DNA of 36,607 nucleotides from a virus: the IMG/VR virus record IMGVR_UViG_3300006217_000229. The stretch is one strand, 5' to 3'. Shown in pieces: positions 28,264 to 35,871 of this stretch (position 1 is its first letter; every line of letters starts with the position of its first letter). Below the pieces are notes generated by a model. The model saw nothing but the letters and a program-made list of their open reading frames with translations, did no database searches and had not been told where the DNA came from. The translations under genes were made by a program, and so were the position numbers.

Positions 28264-29159
28264 CAGTTAATTACGCAACTCAATTTGAGAGACAATTAAA
28301 ACAAAAATACAAAAGAGAAAGTTTGACAGCAGACTTAACTACTGAAAAAATTAAGTTTATTAATGCAAAAACAGTAAAAATCCCATACATTGAAATGGGA
28401 GGATTTAAGGACCATGGCAGAAATGGAGGATTTAACAGACAAAATGTTAAAAATCAATTCATGTCAAAAGAACTTACACATGATAGAGATGTTGAATATT
28501 TCATAGATGCTATGGATGTTGATGAATCTAATTTGGCATTAGCTGCAGCTAATATAACTAATACATTTGAGGAGGAACACGCTATTCCAGAAGAAGATTG
28601 CTATAGAATTTCAAAATTATATAGTGATTATAAAACTTTAGGGAAAAAAGCAGATAATACGGCTCCAACTACTAAAAATATATTAAGTTTATATGATAAA
28701 TACATGGAGGAAATGGACGAGTCAGAAGTTCCTGAAGAAGGTAGAATACTATATGCAACACCTGCTATTGAGAAAATATTAAAAAATGCAGAGGATGTAC
28801 AAAAAATATTCTCTCTTAATGCGGGGAATGGTAATGGATTTACAAGAGCAGTTAGAGCTTTAGACGATGTAAAAATTAGAAAATTGCCATCTAGTAGAAT
28901 GAAAACAGCTTACAATTTCACAGACGGGTGTGTACCAGGAACAAGTGCTAAACAAATAAATATGATTTTAGTACATCCTAAATCAGTTTTAGCTTGTGAC
29001 AAACACTCATATATTAAATTATGGGCTCCAGGAAGCCACACACAAGGTGACGGATTCTTATTCCAATTAAGAAAATATTGGGATCTATTTGTAATTGATA
29101 CAAGAGTTGATGGAATAAAAATAAATGCTGAAGCAGAAGCTGTAGAGGAGACTGCATAA
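28254..29159 (+). CDS. Major capsid protein
   Basis: Position after scaffold; MANTVNYATQFERQLKQKYKRESLTADLTTEKIKFINAKTVKIPYIEMGGFKDHGRNGGF... Confidence 0.85.
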   Translation: MANTVNYATQFERQLKQKYKRESLTADLTTEKIKFINAKTVKIPYIEMGGFKDHGRNGGFNRQNVKNQFMSKELTHDRDVEYFIDAMDVDESNLALAAANITNTFEEEHAIPEEDCYRISKLYSDYKTLGKKADNTAPTTKNILSLYDKYMEEMDESEVPEEGRILYATPAIEKILKNAEDVQKIFSLNAGNGNGFTRAVRALDDVKIRKLPSSRMKTAYNFTDGCVPGTSAKQINMILVHPKSVLACDKHSYIKLWAPGSHTQGDGFLFQLRKYWDLFVIDTRVDGIKINAEAEAVEETA

Positions 29160-29175
29160 TAGTTTATAATAAACC

Positions 29176-29204
29176 AAAGGACTTTCTTGATAAGAGAGTC
29201 CTTT
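29176..29204 (+). terminator. Hairpin downstream of capsid gene (possible attenuator/3' stabiliser)
   Basis: aaaggact ... agtccttt, perfect 8-bp stem. Confidence 0.5.
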
Positions 29205-29227
29205 AAAAAATTATAAGGAGGTAAATC

Positions 29228-29566
29228 ATGATAGCTGTAAAAGGAAATGTTGAATACACAATAAATGATTCAGAGAAAAAAGTATATATAGAGAATGGGT
29301 ATGATATATACGATGATAATGGAAAAAAATTAGCAGATGGAAAACATAAGTCTATACCGTATTCTAAGTATAAAGAATTGGAGGAAAAATACAAGGATCT
29401 ATTGGCTAAAAGTAATTCAACAAAAGAATTAGAAGAGTTAAATAAACAAATTACAGAAAAAGATACAAAGATTGAAGATTTAACAAAACAAATAGGTACA
29501 AAAGAAGAAGAGTTAAATAAAGCAAATAAAAAAATAGAAGATCTAACTAAAAAATTGGAAAAATAG
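29228..29566 (+). CDS. Hypothetical coiled-coil structural protein
   Basis: MIAVKGNVEYTINDSEKKVYIENGYDIYDDNGKKLADGKHKSIPYSKYKELEEKYKDL... Confidence 0.6.
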   Translation: MIAVKGNVEYTINDSEKKVYIENGYDIYDDNGKKLADGKHKSIPYSKYKELEEKYKDLLAKSNSTKELEELNKQITEKDTKIEDLTKQIGTKEEELNKANKKIEDLTKKLEK

Positions 29567-29578
29567 GAGGCATTGCAG

Positions 29579-29956
29579 ATGATAAATGCATATGCACAAT
29601 TTAGTGATTATAAAAAATATGGCAACGATGTTTTAAAAGATGAAAAAGATGCTATTACTTATTTAGAACTTGCATCAATTGATATTAACAGAGCTACACT
29701 TACACGAATTGAAAAAAGAGGATTTAATAATTTAACCGCACAACAAAAAGATTTAATAGTAAAAGCTACATGTTTTCAAGCTGAATATATAAAAGAAGAA
29801 GGAATTTATGAAAACGATGATGTATCAAGCTATAGTATTGGTGGAGACTTAACAGTGAATGAGAAGGACCCACAAGGAATAGCTGATAGATTAAAGATAT
29901 CAAAAATAGCCTTTTCATATTTAAGGAAGACAGGACTAATAGCTAGGATTATATGA
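29579..29956 (+). CDS. Head-tail connector
   Basis: MINAYAQFSDYKKYGNDVLKDEKDAITYLELASIDINRATLTRIEKRGFNNLTAQQKDLIVKATCFQAEYIKE. Confidence 0.7.
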   Translation: MINAYAQFSDYKKYGNDVLKDEKDAITYLELASIDINRATLTRIEKRGFNNLTAQQKDLIVKATCFQAEYIKEEGIYENDDVSSYSIGGDLTVNEKDPQGIADRLKISKIAFSYLRKTGLIARII

Positions 29957-30300
29957 TTAAAAAATTAAATCCTAATCATTTAAAGAGGCTATTAAATAAT
30001 GAGTGTGATGTTAAGATATATCAAGAGGGGCTATCTGAAGAGGGTGAGCCCTTAACTTCTATAAATTTAGAAAGTAAAAAGTGTAGGTTCGTAGAAAGAA
30101 CAAAAATAATAATAAATCCTGAGGGAAAAAAGGTTGAACTTATTGGAAAAGTAATACTACTGGGAGATATAGCGCCTGATATAAAAAAGATAAGTGGTGG
30201 TCAAGTAAGAATTAATGAATCAGAGTATACAATATACCAAGCTAGCCGACCTAGAAACCCAGATGGATCTATTTATATGACAGTATTGGAATTGATGTAA
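29953..30300 (+). CDS. Head-closure-like protein
   Basis: Position, and KVELIGKVILLGDIAPD..QVRINESEYTIYQASRPRNPDGSIYMTVLELM. Confidence 0.6.
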   Translation: MIKKLNPNHLKRLLNNECDVKIYQEGLSEEGEPLTSINLESKKCRFVERTKIIINPEGKKVELIGKVILLGDIAPDIKKISGGQVRINESEYTIYQASRPRNPDGSIYMTVLELM

Positions 30301-30660
30301 ATGAAAGTAAGAATGAATAGAACAGGCATAAACAAGGTGAATAAAAATGTGCAAATGGCACTAATTGAAACAGCCGAGGCCGTACTTACTGATATGGTAC
30401 AGAGCCAAGTAATTCCTTTTAGAGAAGGGAATTTGCAAAAGAGTCATTTTGTAGATGATAAAAGAGCAATAAAAGGAGTTGTAAAATTAGTTGCAGACAC
30501 ACCGTATTCAAGAAAAGTATTTTTTGATCCAGAGATAACAATCCATACAGATAAAAATCCAAACGCAAGACAAAGGTGGGTGGAGGCTTATACATCAGGG
30601 AACAAAAAAGATTTACCAATTAAATATTTTGCTAAGTTTTTAAAAAGGAGAATGGAGTAG
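30301..30660 (+). CDS. Minor capsid/HK97 gp10-like protein
   Basis: MKVRMNRTGINKVNKNVQMALIETAEAVLTDMVQSQVIPFREGNLQKSHFV..VADTPYSRKVFFDPEITIHTDKNPNARQRWVEAYTSG. Confidence 0.7.
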   Translation: MKVRMNRTGINKVNKNVQMALIETAEAVLTDMVQSQVIPFREGNLQKSHFVDDKRAIKGVVKLVADTPYSRKVFFDPEITIHTDKNPNARQRWVEAYTSGNKKDLPIKYFAKFLKRRME

Positions 30661-31056
30661 ATGGAAAGATTATCGACCAAGGAAGTTAAAGATTACTTGA
30701 AAACAGTTATCACATGCGACAACTGGTATATTGGAAAACGTGATGAAAATAAAGAGAAATCTATTACATTGTTCTCTAATAAAAGGGAGTTAGAGAAAAT
30801 ATCAAAATTTAACAAACTGCAAACTTATTCAACTTTACCAATTACATTGTTGTTAGTGTGGAGTAAAAATTATAATTTAGCAGAAGTAAAAGCAAACGAT
30901 ATATATGATTTGCTAGATAAAAGAAAGTTTAGTATAAATGGTTTTAGCTGCTTTACAGAAACTTTAAATGAAGGACCAATTGACTTAGGATCAGATGATA
31001 GCAATAATTATAAATTTTCAATTGAAATTAACATTTATTACACAAAAAATAACTAA
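30661..31056 (+). CDS. Tail terminator-like protein
   Basis: Position and size. Confidence 0.55.
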   Translation: MERLSTKEVKDYLKTVITCDNWYIGKRDENKEKSITLFSNKRELEKISKFNKLQTYSTLPITLLLVWSKNYNLAEVKANDIYDLLDKRKFSINGFSCFTETLNEGPIDLGSDDSNNYKFSIEINIYYTKNN

Positions 31057-31125
31057 TAGAAAAAAGTATATGTATTCAATCATTTTGCTAAAAAAATATG
31101 AAAGGATGATTGAATATGGCGAATA
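31048..31125 (+). repeat. Direct repeat copy 2: hairpin leader of the major tail protein gene
   Basis: Identical to 28185-28263 except for one A fewer in the loop; stem 31073-31083 / 31106-31116. Confidence 0.92.
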
Positions 31126-31556
31126 AAACAGGAGTATTTCCAGTTTATGAAAATCAATTCAAAGTTGGAGCATCAAAGGAAGCTTTAGAATCAATTGCTG
31201 ATATGGAAAACTTTAGTGTTAGTTTTGACAATGGGGTAGAAGAGTGGACTCCAATGGACGCAGAAGGTTGGATTCGTAGATTAATGACTGCAAAATCAAT
31301 AACTATTTCAGTTGCAGGGAAAAGAAATGTAGGAGATACTGGTAATGATTTTGTAGCAGGATTAGCATTTGTAAATGGTAGAAGTGCAGAAGCGTGTTTA
31401 GAGTGGAATTTTCCAGATGGAACATCTATACTTTTTGAGGGAGCAGTATTTAATATAACAAACTTTATGGCAGGTGATAGTACAGCTGTTGCCCCACTAG
31501 AGTTTGATGTCATGAGTAATGGTAAACCTACTGTTACATTACCGACAGGAGAATAA
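31116..31556 (+). CDS. Major tail (tube) protein
   Basis: MANKTGVFPVYENQFKVGASKEALESIADMENFSVSFDNGVEEWTPMDAEGWIRRLMTAKSITISVAGKRNVGDTGNDFVAGLAF... Confidence 0.85.
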   Translation: MANKTGVFPVYENQFKVGASKEALESIADMENFSVSFDNGVEEWTPMDAEGWIRRLMTAKSITISVAGKRNVGDTGNDFVAGLAFVNGRSAEACLEWNFPDGTSILFEGAVFNITNFMAGDSTAVAPLEFDVMSNGKPTVTLPTGE

Positions 31557-31562
31557 TATAGG

Positions 31563-31582
31563 AGGGTCACTAAAAAGGCCCT
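31563..31582 (+). terminator. Hairpin after major tail gene
   Basis: gagggtc ... ggccctc stem (approx.), directly after the stop codon. Confidence 0.4.
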
Positions 31583-31621
31583 CTTAATTAAATTTTATAA
31601 AGAATTAGGGAGATGAATTAT

Positions 31622-31936
31622 ATGGCTAATTTAGACATTAGTAGTAGATTGGGGAAAAATAAACAAGAGATTACTATTGCAGAAGGAAAAACATATGAGG
31701 TGGATTGTAGCGCAGAGACAATGTTAAAAGCAGAAGAAAAATTTAACAACGGAGCAGGAGCAAATGATTTATTTGCAATAATAGAAATGTTCTTAGGAAA
31801 AGCAGCAGTAAAAGATATTAAAGCAATGAAAGCTACTGTAAATGAAATAAAGACAATAATAATTGCAATTATGGCACAAGTTAATGAGGAGGATTTCGAT
31901 TCGTTCGAAAAACGATTTCAAAACCAGCTCAAATAG
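31622..31936 (+). CDS. Tail assembly chaperone 1 (gp14-like)
   Basis: Between tail tube and tape measure; overlaps the next ORF. Confidence 0.7.
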   Translation: MANLDISSRLGKNKQEITIAEGKTYEVDCSAETMLKAEEKFNNGAGANDLFAIIEMFLGKAAVKDIKAMKATVNEIKTIIIAIMAQVNEEDFDSFEKRFQNQLK

Positions 31937-32283
31937 CGAGTGTTGGTATGATTTGTTCGATGACTGGAAGTTAATAGAAGCCAGTATTACAAAGCAATAT
32001 GGAATAAGAATAAGAAAAGATATAGGCACAATGGATTGGGCGGAGTTAAGTGGATTAATCTCTGGATTAATGGGAGACACTCCTTTACGGTAACATTGTG
32101 AGAATTAGATCAGAAGATGATAAAGATACTTTAAAGAATTTTACAAGAGATGAACTTCAGATTAGGTCTGCTTGGAGAAACAAACAAGCAAAAACAGTAT
32201 CTGAAAAAGAAATGAAACAAGCGTTAGAGCAAATGAAGCAAGCCTTTATAGCAATGGCTAAAAAGGATGGTGCTAAAAAATGA
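31863..32283 (+). CDS. Tail assembly chaperone 2 (Gp15-family), start uncertain, +1 shift at CGG 32088
   Basis: WYDLFDDWKLIEASITKQYGIRIRKDIGTMDWAELSGLISGLMGDTPL-GNIVRIRSEDDKDTLKNFTRDELQIRSAWRNKQ: canonical 'SGL.GDTPLG..V.IRSE' only when the frame shifts +1 at CGG. Confidence 0.85.
32088..32091 (+). other. In-frame CGG +1 site (TTA CGGT)
   Basis: GDTPL-GNIVRIRSED after +1. Confidence 0.95.
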
Positions 32284-32435
32284 TAGAAGTAAGATGCCCT
32301 AATTGTAACCAACTGCTAATCAAAGTTGAACAGTGTAAGGGTGAAATTAAATGTATAAGATGTAAGAAAACAATAAAAATTAAAATAGATGAAAAAGACA
32401 GAGTGAACAACACGAGTAGTATAACTGCTGAGTAG
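32280..32435 (+). CDS. Com-like zinc finger protein
   Basis: MIEVRCPNCNQLLIKVEQCKGEIKCIRCKKTIKIKI; four cysteines as in the Com family; ATG overlaps previous stop. Confidence 0.65.
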   Translation: MIEVRCPNCNQLLIKVEQCKGEIKCIRCKKTIKIKIDEKDRVNNTSSITAE

Positions 32436-32477
32436 TTAGTCAATACCTGCTTTTACCTTTTTAGAAGGGAGGTAGGT

Positions 32478-35400
32478 ATGAGTACTAACGTTGGAGCTAT
32501 AGATTTAGATTTAGTATTAAATAGCAATAAGTTTAACAAACAGCTTAAAAATGTAGAAAAACAGGCAACAAGTACTGGTAATGTTTTACAAGGTACTCTT
32601 GGAAAAATAGGAAAAATAGCTGCTGCTGCGTTATCTGTTACTGCAATTGTTAAGTTTGGAAAGGAATGCATAAACTTAGGTTCAGATTTAGCGGAAGTAC
32701 AAAACGTAGTAGATGTATCATTCCCAAAAATGAATGAGCAGGTAAATGCATTTGCAGAAAATGCTATAGAACAATTTGGATTAGGACAAACAGTTGCTAA
32801 AAAGTATATGGGTACTTTTGGGGCGATGGCTAAGGCGTTTAAATTCAGTGAACAAGAAAGCTATAACATGGCAGCTGCATTGACTGGTTTAGCAGGAGAT
32901 GTTGCTTCTTTTTATAATATGTCAAGTGATGAAGCTTATACAAAGTTGAAGTCCGTATTTACTGGAGAAACCGAAACACTAAAAGAATTAGGTGTTGTAA
33001 TGACACAAAATGCGTTGGACCAATATGCTCTTGCAAATGGTTTTGGTAAAACAACTGCGAAGATGACTGAGCAAGAAAAAGTTGCTTTGAGAATGAAATT
33101 TGTTACGGAGCAGTTATCACTAGCTAGTGGGGATTTTGTAAGAACACAAGATAGTTGGGCTAACCAGACAAGAATACTTTCATTAAGATTTAATGAATTA
33201 AAAGCAACTCTAGGACAAGCGTTTATAAATGTATTAAATCCGGTGGTGAAAGGAATAAATTATTTAATAAGCAAATTACAAGTGTTAGCTAATGCTTTTA
33301 AATCTTTTACTGAATTTATAACAGGTAAAAAGTCAGATACTTCTGGAGGGCTAGGACAAACTGCATCAGATATAGCGAGTTTAACAGATAGTGCAAATAA
33401 TGCAGAAGATGCTGTTAGTGGAATTGGAAGCAGTGCTAAGAAAGCTAAAAAGCAATTACAAGGTCTCAGGGGAATTGATGAAATAAACAATTTAACAACT
33501 TCAAATGATTCAAATTCAGATAGTGGATCAGCTGGAGGTTCTGCAGGCTCTTTTGACTTTGGAGGAAGTTTAGCTGAAACAACAAGTGAGGCTAATAACG
33601 AGTTTGGCAAGTTAAACGGCTATGTACAGGAATTGTTCAAATCATTTAAAAAAGGATTTAAAGATGCATTTGGAAGTTTCGATTTTAATGGATTTAAAGG
33701 ACAGATTGACAGCATAGGCAATAGCCTTAAGGAGATATTTAGTAGCCCAGAGGTCCAAGGAGCTGCAAAAAAATGGGCCAATTCCTTAATGTTTGATTTA
33801 GGGGCAGCTGCTGGATTAATCGGAAGTGTTGGAGTTACAATAGCTGATAACCTAGTTGGTGGAATCAGTTTGTTCTTAGAACAAAATAAGAAAAATATAC
33901 AAGACCATATAGTTAGAATGTTTGATATATCTGCAAGATCACATGAATTATCAGGAAAGTTCTCAATAACAGTTGCAGATATATTTAGTGTATTTAGAGG
34001 GAAAGAAGCAAAGCAAGTTACAGCAAATATCATAGGTATTTTTACAGAAGGTTATTTAGGAGTAGTTGAGGTTACAAGTACCTTTGCAAATGATGTTTTC
34101 TATATGATTACAGAGCCTTTTAATCGTAATAAGAACTTAATAAAGAAAACTCTAACTGACATGTTTAGCCCACTTTCTAAAGTATTAGGAACTATAAAGA
34201 AAGGAATAGAAGATACATTTTCAAAGTTTTGGGAAGTATATGATCAATATATTAGACCTGCGGTAGAAAATATAACAAATGGGTTTACCAGTATTCTAGA
34301 AACAGTTTTAAATACGTGGAATAACAATATAAAACCTATTTTAGATGAATGGGCTGTGAAATTTGATGAGCTATGGGTACAACATATTCAGCCGATGATA
34401 GACAGTTTTCTTGAATACATGGGGAAATTAATCAATGGACTATCAGAGTTATGGAATACATGGTTAGTTCCACTGATTAATTGGATTATAGAAAATGTAG
34501 TTCCAGCTGTAGCGCCTGTTATAAAGGAAATAGGCAATACGGTGATGACTGTCTTTGGAAAAATAGGTGATATATTAAAAGGTTTTTGGGATGCCTTAAG
34601 TGGAATTATTGATTTTATTGTTGGAATATTTACTGGAGATTGGGAGAAAGCATGGAATGGAGTTAAAGAAATATTCAGTGGAATATGGCAAATGATAAAA
34701 GGAATATTCAGTGGAATATGGGAAGCTATCAAAGGCATTGTTAAAACTGCAATAGAAGCTGTGAAGGGAGTTATACAAACAGCACTAAATGCTATTAAAT
34801 CAGTATGGGAAAAAGTATGGAATGGAATTAAATCATTCGGAGCTAATATATGGAATGGAATTAAAAATACATTTTCTGGAGTAGGAAGTTGGTTTTCATC
34901 TAAATTTCAAGAAGCTTATAATGGGATTACGAGAGTATTTAGTAATGTTGGAAATTTTCTTGGCTCTATTTGGAATAAAGTTAAAAATACATTCTCAGCA
35001 TTGGGAACCAATATAGGTAATGCAATATCAAATGCTGTGAAATCTGGAATTAATGGTGTAATCAGTTTGATTGAAAGGACAATTAATAGTGCAATAGGAC
35101 TTATTAACGGAGGAATTGATTTAATTAATCTAATTCCAGGTGTTTGGGTTGGTCATGTTCCAACATTGAATTTACCAAGATTGGCACAAGGTGGTTATGT
35201 AAAAGCTAATACTCCCCAACTTGCAATGATTGGTGATAACAGACACCAAGGAGAGGTCGTAGCACCAGAGAATAAATTACATGAGATAATGGCAGAAGAG
35301 TTATCTAAATTCCAGGGAGCAGGAGGAAATAGCGATATAGTCAAATTATTACGTGAGATATTAACATTATTAAAGAACCTAGGAGGAGATACGGTGCTTA

Positions 35401-35492
35401 AAATAAATGACGTAGAACTTGCTAGAGCCGTAATAAGGGGTATGAAACTTTTGCAAAGTAAAAGTGATAAACCCATATTAGATTTTATTTAG
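32478..35492 (+). CDS. Tape measure protein
   Basis: 1004 aa; AMAKAFKFSEQESYNMAAALTGLAGDVASFYNMSSDEAYTKLKSVFTGETETLKELGVVMTQ..., hydrophobic segments and WNGIK repeats. Confidence 0.93.
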   Translation: MSTNVGAIDLDLVLNSNKFNKQLKNVEKQATSTGNVLQGTLGKIGKIAAAALSVTAIVKFGKECINLGSDLAEVQNVVDVSFPKMNEQVNAFAENAIEQFGLGQTVAKKYMGTFGAMAKAFKFSEQESYNMAAALTGLAGDVASFYNMSSDEAYTKLKSVFTGETETLKELGVVMTQNALDQYALANGFGKTTAKMTEQEKVALRMKFVTEQLSLASGDFVRTQDSWANQTRILSLRFNELKATLGQAFINVLNPVVKGINYLISKLQVLANAFKSFTEFITGKKSDTSGGLGQTASDIASLTDSANNAEDAVSGIGSSAKKAKKQLQGLRGIDEINNLTTSNDSNSDSGSAGGSAGSFDFGGSLAETTSEANNEFGKLNGYVQELFKSFKKGFKDAFGSFDFNGFKGQIDSIGNSLKEIFSSPEVQGAAKKWANSLMFDLGAAAGLIGSVGVTIADNLVGGISLFLEQNKKNIQDHIVRMFDISARSHELSGKFSITVADIFSVFRGKEAKQVTANIIGIFTEGYLGVVEVTSTFANDVFYMITEPFNRNKNLIKKTLTDMFSPLSKVLGTIKKGIEDTFSKFWEVYDQYIRPAVENITNGFTSILETVLNTWNNNIKPILDEWAVKFDELWVQHIQPMIDSFLEYMGKLINGLSELWNTWLVPLINWIIENVVPAVAPVIKEIGNTVMTVFGKIGDILKGFWDALSGIIDFIVGIFTGDWEKAWNGVKEIFSGIWQMIKGIFSGIWEAIKGIVKTAIEAVKGVIQTALNAIKSVWEKVWNGIKSFGANIWNGIKNTFSGVGSWFSSKFQEAYNGITRVFSNVGNFLGSIWNKVKNTFSALGTNIGNAISNAVKSGINGVISLIERTINSAIGLINGGIDLINLIPGVWVGHVPTLNLPRLAQGGYVKANTPQLAMIGDNRHQGEVVAPENKLHEIMAEELSKFQGAGGNSDIVKLLREILTLLKNLGGDTVLKINDVELARAVIRGMKLLQSKSDKPILDFI

Positions 35493-35502
35493 AAAGGAGT
35501 AG

Positions 35503-35862
35503 GTGAAAATGTCTATAATAAGAATAAACGGAGCAGAAATACCTGCTCCTCTTCCTTTTTCTGTAGGAATATCGGATCAGGATTTGAATTCTGATACAGA
35601 TGCAAATGCAGAATTACATAGAAACAGGGTAGCTGTAAAAAGAAAATTAGACCTAGAGTGGGGACCACTAAGTTGGCCAGACATAAGTAAAATACTTAAA
35701 TCTATAAAAGATGTATTTTTTGATGTAACCTACCCAGATCCTGAAACAGGAAATTTTGAAACTATAAGAGCTTATGTTGGAGATAGAACCGCCCCAATTT
35801 GTATAGTCGAGGGAGATCAAATAACATGGGCCGGTTTAAAGGCTAACATTGTTGAAAAGTAG
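35503..35862 (+). CDS. Distal tail-associated protein
   Basis: MSIIRINGAEIPAPLPFSVGISDQDLNSDTDANAELHRNRVAVKRKLDLEWGPLSWPDISKIL. Confidence 0.7.
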   Translation: MKMSIIRINGAEIPAPLPFSVGISDQDLNSDTDANAELHRNRVAVKRKLDLEWGPLSWPDISKILKSIKDVFFDVTYPDPETGNFETIRAYVGDRTAPICIVEGDQITWAGLKANIVEK

Positions 35863-35871
35863 GTGATATAG

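Noticed and set aside
31895-31912. Canonical -1 slippery heptamer in gaaaaacg between tail chaperones
   Set aside because: It is not in the X XXY YYZ phase, and the -1 frame terminates soon after. The downstream ORF is in +1.
34640-34890. Near-repeats in the tape measure gene (ggaatatggcaaatgataaaagg / ggaatatgggaagctatcaaagg, WNGIK units)
   Set aside because: Normal periodic structure of tape measure proteins.
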